From Nitrospirota bacterium (GTDB lineage: Bacteria; Nitrospirota; UBA9217): a stretch of 64,000 nt of DNA. The translations under genes were made by a program, and so were the position numbers. Within the stretch, counting starts at the first letter, position 1. Each line of letters starts with the position of its first letter. Under the pieces are notes generated by a model that saw only the letters and a list, made by a program, of their open reading frames with translations, searched no databases and had not been told where the DNA came from. Positions 47,901-57,900 of the stretch are shown here, piece after piece. The DNA lies in assembly GCA_963749655.1 (NCBI GenBank), contig CAVVOB010000024.1:1-64000 (forward strand). Reading direction: 5' to 3'.

Positions 47901-48858
47901 CGGTATCAGCCAGCGCGTCGCGGTTTGTCAAGCCGGTTCCTGCGTCGAAGATAGAATTCATATATTTGATGGTGGTAACATAGGTTGTCGTTATGCTCGA
48001 CGTTGGGACTGAAGCCAGGAATTGTCCGCCCATGGCATCTGCCGCTGATCCTACTGCTCCCATATTCGGATTGCTGGTACAGACGGTGTCAGGATGTAGG
48101 GTTCCGCTCCCCCCTCCCCCGGGGGAACATGAACCCGCCTTTGCGCTAGTACTTGCTTTGTAGTGATAGCTCATAAGGCCGAACTTCACGCCGTTCGTTG
48201 CCTGGACGAGGTTCGCAACGACGTTTTTCGCGATGTCGATCTTTCGCATCGCAACTATCGTGTTGTCATACATCGCATTGATGTAGTTTCCCAGATTGTA
48301 GTTGACCTTGTTATAGCTGTGTCCGTCATCCAGCAACTTTGTGCAGGCGGTTGTCCTACCGCTGGGTAAGGTTACGAAACAGCATGTCCCGTCCGGGTTG
48401 AGCGGAGGCACATTGAGCACTCTCCCGGCAGTCGAGAGAGGTGTGTAGTAAGAGGCCGTCGGATTACCAGGGGAAGTAGTGGACGTAAAGGAACAGGTTG
48501 CCGGAATGGTGCTGAGTGTACCGCTCGGCGTATAGGTGGTATTGGAATTGGAAAGTTGCGATACCAGGTAGACCGAGTTCGTGAAGCAATCCGTGCCGTC
48601 CAGTCCCGTGCCGTCCTTGCAGACATTGTTGATCGGCAGATAGGTTCTGGAGGCCGAATAGGTGCCCACAGATGCCATGCCGTCGCCCATCGAACCCGAT
48701 GTGTCTATGATGATCAAGATATTCGGCTGGAGTACAGCGTCAGACCCCCCGTAAATGGCGGTGTCGCCGAAATACTGGTCAGGAGATGCGGAGGCAGCCA
48801 CGGCATATACGGCCAAGAATAACGCAGCGCCTATCGTTCCAAAAATAAGTTTTCTCAT
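44948..48858 (-). CDS. pilY1: PilY1 adhesin B (vWA plus beta-propeller); frame break at ~45110-45195 before the true C-terminus
   Basis: DTSGS MIDAS, TPLGETL, CQKNYVIFVSDG, GDVLHSKP, GTNDGMLH, GDTGGNLWRF; alternative frame ends GTGIPSSPVV...IYWRQK*. Confidence 0.88.
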
Positions 48859-48888
48859 GAGAACCTCCCTGCCTGCTTTATGTTGACT

Positions 48889-49398
48889 TTACAGTAGCGG
48901 CCTGCACATGCTCAATTCGACCACTTCGCTGCAGTTGTTCGAACCCTGTCCATCGACAACTACAGAGTAAAATTGAACCTGCGCTTTATTCAAATCAACC
49001 TGCATATCCGTAGCCATAGACTTACAGGCATTGGGGTTGAAGTAACCGAGTCCGGTGGCTACAACGGTAAAGACCGCGGTCCCCGTGGGAAATGACACTG
49101 AACTTGAATAGGTCGCCGCGCCTACGCTGTTGCTTGCCAGCGTAATGATCGCCGTGTTGGTCGCATATCCGACTCCGCTTTCGGCCACATAAAATGCATT
49201 CTGGGCGCACCGAAGATTGCCTGCGATTTTCAGATCGGTGTTCGACGTATCAAGGACCCAAAGCCCGAGGATAGTCAAAAGAAAAAGCATGACCATTGTG
49301 AGGATAAGGGCAAACCCGCCATTGTTTCCCGATCTCTGTTGTGGACTATCATCCCGCCTGAGCGCCTGCATCATTCCTTGTCTTTTTCCCGTGTGCAC
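48889..49398 (-). CDS. pilX: PilX-like minor pilin (cassette B; start uncertain)
   Basis: GG|FALILTM (no Glu5), AFYVAESG. Confidence 0.75.
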   Translation of the reverse strand: MHTGKRQGMMQALRRDDSPQQRSGNNGGFALILTMVMLFLLTILGLWVLDTSNTDLKIAGNLRCAQNAFYVAESGVGYATNTAIITLASNSVGAATYSSSVSFPTGTAVFTVVATGLGYFNPNACKSMATDMQVDLNKAQVQFYSVVVDGQGSNNCSEVVELSMCRPLL

Positions 49399-49407
49399 CG
49401 CTGCCCC

Positions 49408-50355
49408 CTATCTGTTTCTTATGCCGAGCACTGTTTGAAGCTGCTTTACCTTTGATTGATTGTTCGACAGACCTCTCGTTTTTATTGTCTGACCTATAAG
49501 CGTGACCCTCACCGCTCGTATGTTGCGATAGTCCGCTGTTGCGGGCGAAGCAGTTTCCGTATTGTTGTCAAGAAGGTAGCTGAACCTCAGATTTGCTATA
49601 TTCTGTGCAATTACATTGGTTGTTCCATTGACGATCCGCATAAGACAGAGCTGCCCGGCCGGACAGGAATCAACCGCAGGGCAGCACGGCGAGTCTTCGT
49701 TCGAACCGAGACAGTATTGAATTGTGCTCGGATAGACCGCACTGCCGGAGGAATCCTTGTCCAATTTGACGATCATATCATAATCCGTCGGAGTGAACGT
49801 AACGCCGCCGCCGGCAGATCCGCTGAGCGTTATACTGGTCGTTGCTCCTGTCGCCACCGTGGCGGTGAACCGGTCGCTGCCGGCCAAGCCCCCTATGGAG
49901 GTTTTGGTCAGAGCAGTTATGAGCGCAGTGATATCACCGCTTTTAAAGCCCCCGACATCATCGACGGTAAAGGTCCCCAATCCTGTCTGCGAAACCGTTA
50001 TTCTACTGACGACATAGGATGCGTTTACGGCTTGCAGCGTCAGGGAGTCGGAAGCGACATCATTCGGCGCGGGCAACGGCTGTGCCGTCCCCACGCTCGA
50101 GGTAGCCAGCGATACAGGCGAAAAAGCGGACCCGGGAAGGAGAAAACCGGCCATTCGAATATCCTTCGTAATACTGTCCATGCCGATCCGCAGATTTTGC
50201 TGTACTTCCACGACTTCGTCTTGTGTATAGGCAGAATGTTGATGCGTCCAGTAGAGAGAATAGACCGCTGTCATTAAAAGACCCAGCATGCCGATAACGA
50301 CAAGGAGCTCGATCAGGCTAAAACCGCCCTGCTTTTGCATAATGCGGTTCTTCAT
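49408..50355 (-). CDS. pilW: PilW-like minor pilin (cassette B)
   Basis: GG|FSLIELL, QQNLRIGMDSITKDIRMAG, IRAVRVTL. Confidence 0.82.
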   Translation of the reverse strand: MKNRIMQKQGGFSLIELLVVIGMLGLLMTAVYSLYWTHQHSAYTQDEVVEVQQNLRIGMDSITKDIRMAGFLLPGSAFSPVSLATSSVGTAQPLPAPNDVASDSLTLQAVNASYVVSRITVSQTGLGTFTVDDVGGFKSGDITALITALTKTSIGGLAGSDRFTATVATGATTSITLSGSAGGGVTFTPTDYDMIVKLDKDSSGSAVYPSTIQYCLGSNEDSPCCPAVDSCPAGQLCLMRIVNGTTNVIAQNIANLRFSYLLDNNTETASPATADYRNIRAVRVTLIGQTIKTRGLSNNQSKVKQLQTVLGIRNR

Positions 50356-50796
50356 TTACTGCACCACCTTGTACATGGTATAGGTCAAAGGCGGCGGCGA
50401 TATTACACTCGGCGATATATAATTTACCGTTACCTGAATTTCCGATGTACCGCTGATGGGCTGATTCGGTGTTATTGAATAGGTCGCGTTGAACGAGCCG
50501 GCGCCATTAACGTTAATTGTGGCCGACGAGGTGACGGGATCCACATATGAGACGTTTGATACTGATGTACGCAAATCAATTGCGCCGGTTGTTACGCCGC
50601 GGGAGACGATATCTTCCATAATCTGCTCCGCAAGCATGCTGCTCACGGAAATTCTGTTGGAGACCGTGTTGGCCTTTAATCCCGTTCCCTGCATGGAGAT
50701 AAGGGCGGTCAATCCGACAGCAAGGATAAAAAAAGCGATGAGCATTTCAATGAGCGTGAAACCTCCGTTGTTTAACATTGCTTTTTCTTTTGCCAT
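50356..50796 (-). CDS. pilV: PilV-like minor pilin (cassette B)
   Basis: GG|FTLIEMLIA, LAEQIME. Confidence 0.8.
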   Translation of the reverse strand: MAKEKAMLNNGGFTLIEMLIAFFILAVGLTALISMQGTGLKANTVSNRISVSSMLAEQIMEDIVSRGVTTGAIDLRTSVSNVSYVDPVTSSATINVNGAGSFNATYSITPNQPISGTSEIQVTVNYISPSVISPPPLTYTMYKVVQ

Positions 50797-50798
50797 AT

Positions 50799-51017
50799 CT
50801 ACCCTCTTCCCAGTGAATGTCCGTGACGGTTTATGGTCCTTCCCCGATGCTCCGAAACCGGTATTGTCTCCGCCATCATCAGATCAAAGTCGTCCCAGAC
50901 ATGGGAACTGCACGCCGGGCAGCGTTCCCACAAGACGATTTCGGGATGCGGTGTAATAACGACGGCGGAGCATTCCGGGCAGATCAATTTCGTCTCTATA
51001 TTCGGTTTGCGGTCCAT
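50799..51017 (-). CDS. Small zinc-ribbon protein, first gene of cassette B
   Basis: CPEC-x14-CPAC; SD GGAG; ends 2 nt before pilV. Confidence 0.6.
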   Translation of the reverse strand: MDRKPNIETKLICPECSAVVITPHPEIVLWERCPACSSHVWDDFDLMMAETIPVSEHRGRTINRHGHSLGRG

Positions 51018-51052
51018 AATGCATTGTCTCCACTTGATTCGAGTAATATGGA

Positions 51053-51098
51053 TGCAACACTCATACCATTGCCATAACTTTATATTTTCAATGGATTA
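51053..51098 (-). promoter_or_regulatory. sigma54-type promoter plus IHF-like site for pilus cassette B
   Basis: TGGTATGAGTGTTGCA (GG-N10-GC, 51053-51068); TTTCAATGGATTA (51086-51098, + strand). Confidence 0.65.
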
Positions 51099-51238
51099 GG
51101 AAATTGCTTACCAGAAAAACAGAGAACCGGGGTCATACGTGTGTAATGAATTACCCATTTTCCCCAAGAGGAAAAATCCCGGTGTGAGTACGATAAAAAC
51201 AGGGACAGTGCCCAGAGAAGGATTACAGGTGAGAACAT

Positions 51239-52143
51239 TTATTGAATGGTAATTTGCAGGCTATAGCGGGCAATGCCGCCGTTTCCGTCATTCACGACGA
51301 TCATTACGTTCTGTTTCCCTTTGAATTCGTTTGGAACATTCCAGGCCAAAAGTCCGGAAGCGGGATCAATGGTCATGCCGGGAGCCGGAGAATCCAGCGA
51401 AAACGTGAGCGTGTCGCCGTCAGGATCGGTTGCCCTGACCTGGTAGGTGTACAGCGATCCCTGGAGCGTGAAATCATCATGCTGCTCGATGAGGGGCGGA
51501 AGGTTCCGCATTTCCCGCCGGACAACCATGGGTTTGCCGTAATCCGTCCCGTCAAAGGGGGTCACGGTCACGATAAAGACATCTCCCCTGCCGATGTGCT
51601 GCTCAATGCTGTTTCCCGTGCCGGCGGGCTCGCCGTTTTTTGACCATTCGTAGCCGAGCGAGACATCATCGCCGTCAACATCAGCTGCGACGACATCCAC
51701 ATGAAGCGTGTCTCCCGGCTTGAAAACATCGGGGAGAAGTGTAACGGATTTTATCTCCGGGGGAGTATTGGCAATGGTAACGGTATTTGACAGGATCTCC
51801 CGGTCTCCGGCAACGGTCTTTACCTGAACGCTGTCGCCCCGTGCAAGATCCCTGCCTGCATACGGTCCCGGTCTACGTCGGGAAGTATTGCCCCGTTCAC
51901 GATCCATTGTACGCGGGCTTTCGTCAGGTCGATACTCCGGGATACGACGTACAACATGCTGTTTTTGGAGGGGTTGGTTGGCGTCAGTTCCAATGCTGCG
52001 GTTCCTGAAGACCGCGACGCGGCGGCGGGACCGCCGCTCATCAACGCCGGGGCGCTTGCGTCCGGTCCCTTATTACAGGAGACCAGCGAGATAATAAGGA
52101 TAAGAACGGTCGCGCTGCTGGCAGTATAAAATGCTCTGGTCAT
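51239..52143 (-). CDS. Lipoprotein with tandem Ig/cadherin-like domains (cassette A; apparent frameshift ~51860)
   Basis: Lipobox LVSC; NTPP, DVDGD, NLPP, ATDPDGD, PGMTID..SGLLAW. Confidence 0.75.
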
Positions 52144-52164
52144 GGCACGATCCTCGCGACCCCA

Positions 52165-52917
52165 TCAATATTGATAGAGGATAGACAGTTTTGCGCGCTC
52201 CGGACTCGCCACCGCCGTATTTTCCGCTTCCACCTCGATCGTATACTGGGAAGGGAAACTCTGGACAGGCAACTCGCCGCCTGAGGACACGACGCCGGTA
52301 TTCGTCAGCGCGTAATCGCCTCCGGTGTTGCCTGCAACGGTATCGGCGATCTTGGCATATACGGTGTAAGATCCCAGCTTGAACCTGAGATCATAGGTGG
52401 CAGTCTGAGCGGCATCGAGAATCAGAGACTGGTTGCAGGGAGCGCTCCAGCCTGTCGTCGACGCCATGATCTTCGTCCGCAGGTCAGTATAAGGCATGCC
52501 TGCCGTGGTCCCGGTGCAGGTCCCCGGAGTGGTAATCGCGGCGTTGAGCCCCTGACTGTTCAGGCTGGCAAGGAAGGTATTCGTATCCGCCGTGTTGCCG
52601 CGAAGCGCAATGATCTGGTACAGGATATCCGCCCCGCCGAAACCGGCCTCCAGCGCAGTCTTATATTGTTTGTGCGAACCCGACATCTGGGTTCCCACGG
52701 TGATCATGTAGATGAGAACGGTCATGACGGCCAGCATGACGGATGAAAACACAAGCACCACCACGAGGGCAACGCCCCTTTCGGGACTGCGCCGCCGGTG
52801 CTTCACGGGAGGACCGTCCTGTGTCGCCTGCCCTCTGCACTCCTGCAGCGCCTGCGTCCGCGCCCCTGCGCGTCCCGCAGCATCGCCCGGATTACGAAAC
52901 AAGCTTCCGCCGATCAT
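52165..52917 (-). CDS. pilX: PilX-like minor pilin (cassette A) with long leader
   Basis: ERG|VALVVVL (no Glu5), ALEAGFGG. Confidence 0.72.
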   Translation of the reverse strand: MIGGSLFRNPGDAAGRAGARTQALQECRGQATQDGPPVKHRRRSPERGVALVVVLVFSSVMLAVMTVLIYMITVGTQMSGSHKQYKTALEAGFGGADILYQIIALRGNTADTNTFLASLNSQGLNAAITTPGTCTGTTAGMPYTDLRTKIMASTTGWSAPCNQSLILDAAQTATYDLRFKLGSYTVYAKIADTVAGNTGGDYALTNTGVVSSGGELPVQSFPSQYTIEVEAENTAVASPERAKLSILYQY

Positions 52918-52924
52918 GTGCGTC

Positions 52925-53995
52925 TCACCTCGCATTCTTCGGACTCACCGCGATCGTATACAGTTTCCATCGGTAATTCACATTTCCGCCGAGATCGAAG
53001 TAACGGCCTCCGCCGATGCTCAGATCGCCGACATACACCGTTGAATCCGGGTATCGGTAGTCCTTATCCTTCTGACCCTCATGGGTCAGAATGTACACTC
53101 GCACTTCCTTCAATTGGCTCCGTATCGTCTGGGCGGTATATCCAGCTGAAATGTCGTCTGTCGGCGTGTCGATGACGCCGTTGCCGTCGGTATCAAGGCG
53201 GAATACAACCTGCATGTCTGCGACGCAGTCGAGAAGGGGGGCTATATTGCTCCTGCTGCCGTTGAGAATGACGGCTTTCATGAGCTCGCCGGTATTCGGC
53301 GCGCAGCGGCGCGGAATGAGGGTGGTGTCCGCGGATCCCTGGATGAAATAGTCCGCCCTGTTGAACGGCATCGGAGGAAGGCTGCTCCCGAAATCATACA
53401 CATAGAGGGGTTGCTGCTGAAGTGCGCCCGGGGTGAAACTCGCGATATTGCTGAAGAGCGTCCGCCACGCCCCTCCTGCCGTCATCAAGGAGCGCCGGTC
53501 GGCGTCGCTTGCACCCGGAGAAAGCACGATCATATAATCGTTGGGATTGGGGTTCTGGGTCGAAACGTCCCACGTCTTGGTTCCGCTGCTGGTCAGATAG
53601 GTCCAGCGCCGGGAAAAATCCTCCCGTGTAATATTGGCCGCTTTGACGACCAGCACGTCGGAGCCGTTGAATCCTGCGCCATTCCCGCTCAAGATGGGAC
53701 GCGGGGGGTTGGTGGCGGCGTCGTCATAGGCCGCTTCGGGCAGCCCGGCGGTCGATTCGGTGTACGTAACGCCAGTCGGAATGACCCACGGCAGGCCGTA
53801 ACCCGCGCTCTCGATGTCCTGACGCAGGATTTCCATTCCCATCATGCCTTCCATGCTCGTTTCGGCGATCTTACTCTGTTGCTTGTACTGGCGCAGCATC
53901 CCCACCATAGTGTCCGACGCCGCCGCAAGGATGATGATGAATATCGCCATCGTGACAAGCAATTCGACCAGGGTAAAACCTCTATTCTTCCGCAA
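52925..53995 (-). CDS. pilW: PilW-like minor pilin (cassette A)
   Basis: RG|FTLVELL, LRQDIESAGYGLP, LLDCVADMQV, NYRWK. Confidence 0.82.
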   Translation of the reverse strand: MRKNRGFTLVELLVTMAIFIIILAAASDTMVGMLRQYKQQSKIAETSMEGMMGMEILRQDIESAGYGLPWVIPTGVTYTESTAGLPEAAYDDAATNPPRPILSGNGAGFNGSDVLVVKAANITREDFSRRWTYLTSSGTKTWDVSTQNPNPNDYMIVLSPGASDADRRSLMTAGGAWRTLFSNIASFTPGALQQQPLYVYDFGSSLPPMPFNRADYFIQGSADTTLIPRRCAPNTGELMKAVILNGSRSNIAPLLDCVADMQVVFRLDTDGNGVIDTPTDDISAGYTAQTIRSQLKEVRVYILTHEGQKDKDYRYPDSTVYVGDLSIGGGRYFDLGGNVNYRWKLYTIAVSPKNAR

Positions 53996-53998
53996 CCG

Positions 53999-54433
53999 TC
54001 ATTGCTGTCTCCTCAGAATGGTCGTTATCCTGTGCTGATTGGGTTGATTCTTGAATGTCCAGACATAGTTCAGGGTCAACTGCTTGGTGTTCGCATCTAT
54101 GTCCACCACCGTCCTCGTGGAGGTATAGGTCACAGGGGCCGATCTGATCATGCTCGTCAAGCCAGGTTCGGCCGAACCGCTCGGGCTGGTGGCAAGAAGG
54201 TCGTTGGCAACGGTCGTTGTGGTGAAGGGTAGATTGCGGAGCTCGCCCATGCGTTGTTCGGCCAGCGATATCGCCTGATCCCGCATGGAGTTCTGGACGT
54301 TCATTCTCGTTGCCAGCAGCGAGGCCTGCATGAGCGCCAGGCACGTGACCATCAGTATCATCAGCGCGATCATGAGTTCCAGCAACGACATGCCTTTTTT
54401 ATTTCGCAACACAGTCCGCTCCTTGCATGGCAC
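53999..54433 (-). CDS. pilV: PilV-like minor pilin (cassette A)
   Basis: KG|MSLLELMIA, AISLAEQRM. Confidence 0.8.
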   Translation of the reverse strand: MPCKERTVLRNKKGMSLLELMIALMILMVTCLALMQASLLATRMNVQNSMRDQAISLAEQRMGELRNLPFTTTTVANDLLATSPSGSAEPGLTSMIRSAPVTYTSTRTVVDIDANTKQLTLNYVWTFKNQPNQHRITTILRRQQ

Positions 54434-54920
54434 CGATGCTTATCCTCGACGGATACACCAGCATGCAGTCATATTCGGGTCCCGATCCCCGCGTATCGAA
54501 AGAAATCGACAAGACGGTCGTGGCCGGCGATGAGGCAATCTGGCCGTTCGTATTCAGGATAAGGGTCCCGCTCCACGAGGATGCATACGCCAGCGGCACC
54601 GCAGCCTGGTGGGCATCGCCCGGTGACGGGTCCAGGGTTTCGTTCAGGTTCGTGTCTTCAATAATTTGATAGTTCGCTGACTGTATCACGCCATAATACA
54701 TGCGTTTTTGCTCCATGGCTTTCAGCCGCGCCTGCATCAGGTCGACCTGCATTTTGCGGATCTGCCCTTCCACACGATACCGGGTCATCCATTGCTGATA
54801 ACTGTATCCGGCGATGGCCATCAGGACCGACAGGATCATCATGACAACGACCAGCTCCATCAGAGTAAATCCCTTATCGGCCGTCAATGCTCTGCGCTCC
54901 CGTGCGTTTTCCATTCCCAT
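54399..54920 (-). CDS. fimU: FimU-like minor pilin (cassette A)
   Basis: KG|FTLMELV, DLMQARLKAM, C-terminal Cys pair. Confidence 0.78.
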   Translation of the reverse strand: MGMENARERRALTADKGFTLMELVVVMMILSVLMAIAGYSYQQWMTRYRVEGQIRKMQVDLMQARLKAMEQKRMYYGVIQSANYQIIEDTNLNETLDPSPGDAHQAAVPLAYASSWSGTLILNTNGQIASSPATTVLSISFDTRGSGPEYDCMLVYPSRISIGAMQGADCVAK

Positions 54921-57900
54921 TACCGCTCCCGCACATGAATGACCCGCTTCGACGGCGACGGGCTGCCCAGAACGGACATCCCCTGCGCTTCCGGGGGCTT
55001 CCCTTCCATGGCAGCCGATTTTCTGCCGCCTGCGTCGGTAAAGGCGCTTGCCAGACTCCGCTGTTCGATGGCGCCGGTGGAAACCTGGATAAGAATGTTG
55101 CCCTGCAGCAGATTGGCGGGCGGACCGCCGGTATTGTATTGAAGAGCCCAGATGAAGCTCTTGCCGCCGAGATTGCACTGATCGGTGTACGGTTTGTAAG
55201 ACGTGAAATACACGATGCCGCGGGTCGACGCCAGCGGGTCCGTGATCACCCGCTCAGCCATGAAGTTGACTGCCGAATCGGGCGAATAGGTGTAAATGCC
55301 CGACAGATCGAGGCTGATATACCAGCCTTTGACCGATGAGCTGTTGGCGCTGCTTGTCGTGGGGACATTGGCAACGTCCGTGACATTCGTGAGGTCGCTG
55401 AGCGTCCTGCTGTCGGTGCATGTATTATGATAGCCCCCGCCGTCGAAACAGGGGTCTTTGACCGCTAAAAGGTACCGTTGACCGTTCGCGTCATCGATGC
55501 CCATCTGTTCCACATAGTAATAGCGACCGGTGCCGAAATAGGTCCAGAGAATATGATTGTCGTTGTCCACCAATTTGCCAACGGCGGTTGTAATGGGGCC
55601 TGCCGCGCCGCTGAAGAACGTATTCCACGACCAGTTGCCGGGGGACGGGTCCTTTTTGGTCAAAAGCCTTAACACCCCGCCGTCCGTCCACGTGCCCAGC
55701 GAAGTGTTCTTCTTCGTAAAGGGAACATAGACGATCTCATCCTGATAGTCCTGGGAGACCTGGTCCACATCAAGGGAACCGTTGGCCAGGGTGCCTGAAT
55801 AAGCGTTCGCAATGCCGGTGTCGATCGTCCGTATGAGGGCTCCTGTTTTGAGATCTAGAATGAACAGTCTCAGGTTCTGATCGGAACGGCCCATGAACTG
55901 GTGGCTGCCGCTGTCGATGGGTCCCGTTGGGCCCGAACCGATGACCACGAACCAGTTGCCGCTCGCTTCCTTGGTCGATGCGCCGGAAATGCTGCCGTTG
56001 ATCCGCACCACCGCTGCTCCGCTCGTTGCGAATCCAAGGGTTTCGTCGGCAAACTCCCACAGGAGCTGCGGATTATCCGCATCGGTCACGTCAAGCGCGA
56101 AATAAGAGGAATAGCCAAGCCCCTTGGAGCTGTCGGCAGGATCGGTCAAGGGCGTATTCACGCAGTCGGTGCCGCTGTCGTTACATACGGACCCTGTTTT
56201 TCTGCACGCGCCGCCGAACCGCATACCGCCGATGAGCACGGTCCTCCAGTGGCTCACGACCCGCTGCGTATTGGAGACGTCGGCCGAGCCGGGAGCGCCG
56301 ATGCTGGCATCGAAGACAATGGGCGTGAGGTCGATGGAATAGAGGTGGCAGTATCCCGGATCAGCCATGTATCTCAGGTAGGGAAGCGCGTTCTTCGGGA
56401 TAAAGGCCCACACTTCCTGGCCGCATGTGGGCACGCCGCTCGTGCTCGCCGTCGATGAGCTGCATACCTGGCCGGTGATCGGGTTCACCAGTCTTGCCAC
56501 GTCAAAGGAGCCCTGGCCGGTCCACTTGAGCTGCAGCTGCCCCAATTTGAAAGCATGCAGCATTCCGTCATTGCCTCCGGTAAAAACCGTCCCCCGCTGC
56601 TTATACGTCGAGGTTGTGAGATAATGCGTTGAGTCTACCGGGTCTTCCAGCTTGGCGTCCTGGCCCGGCATGCCGTAGGTGCTGTCATTATAGGTTTTGT
56701 GATAGGTGTTTAGCGCGGTCCAGGAGGCGATCTTCGGCGTCGAGTTTACGATATCTCCGAGCTTCCACACACGGGCCGTGGTATCGACCGACTCGATCTT
56801 GACGGTCCGCCTGCGGTAGACGCCCCCATCTATTCCGTGCACCCAGTTTATGAGATTTCTCGCCTCCGCTGCTGTGGCGGCCTGCAAGTAGGGCTGCAGG
56901 GTGGAAGTGTTGTCGGAATCTCCGTTCCGCGTGTCCGCGGAAAAGTTGCCGGACAGATAACTCGTACCGGTGACGGAGGTATAGATTTTTCGTTTCGAGA
57001 AATCGGACTGCGTGTTGTTGAAGACGTTCCTTTTCCATAGAAGAGTGCCGGCCTCCCACAGGGTGGACAGGTTTTCAAAATCAATGTCCGGCGACAGCTC
57101 CGTTCCGATGACGCCGTTGCCGGCCGGGTCTTCCCACCGATGGGCCTTCGTGATTCCCGTGGTTTTATCGTAAAAGAGGCTCGTGATGTAGTCTTTATGC
57201 GTCCCGTCCCCCGTTTGAAGATGAAGGATCTTGTCTCCGTCGTCCTCCCGCATGTTGGTTGTCGAGAAGAACGGATCAACATAGTACCAGAGGTTCGACA
57301 GCCTGCCGGTCCATGATATTTTCTCGAACGCGCCGCCCGAGCCGATGGACGAATTCCAGAAGGACCTCCTGGGATAGAAAACCGCCTGGATCAGGTTCGC
57401 ACCGCTGCCCTCGCCCGAGGCAAGCACCGAGGCCGCGGTACCCGAGGCCGCGGCCGCCGCGATCTGGCCGAAAGCCGCATCGAGTTCCTTGTTGAGCAGG
57501 GAAAGGTCGGAAACAGGATAGAAGCTGCCGCCGCCGTTGTAAGCGGTTGCGCTCATCAGGTTGTAGGGATTGCACAGACCGGCCGGGCTCGTGGTGATCA
57601 TCGAGCCGGAGTACACCACGTAGGTGTTGATATATTCGCTCGAATTCGTCGGCGCGGCCGTTGTTGTGGCCGATGTCGAGAGCGTCTTGATGTTCAGGTG
57701 ATTGCCGACCCACGCCAGGGTCGAGAGGCTTCTGCTGCCGCCATAGGACGGGCAGCTGTTGGAGGTATCATAGCCGCTCGCATTCGGATAGGATGACGTA
57801 TACGAAGAATAGAGGGAGGCCAGCGATTCCGATGCGGAATTACGGTCGGCAGTGGACATACCGTCGGTTATGATCATGATGTTGTTCTTCTGGCACCGCA

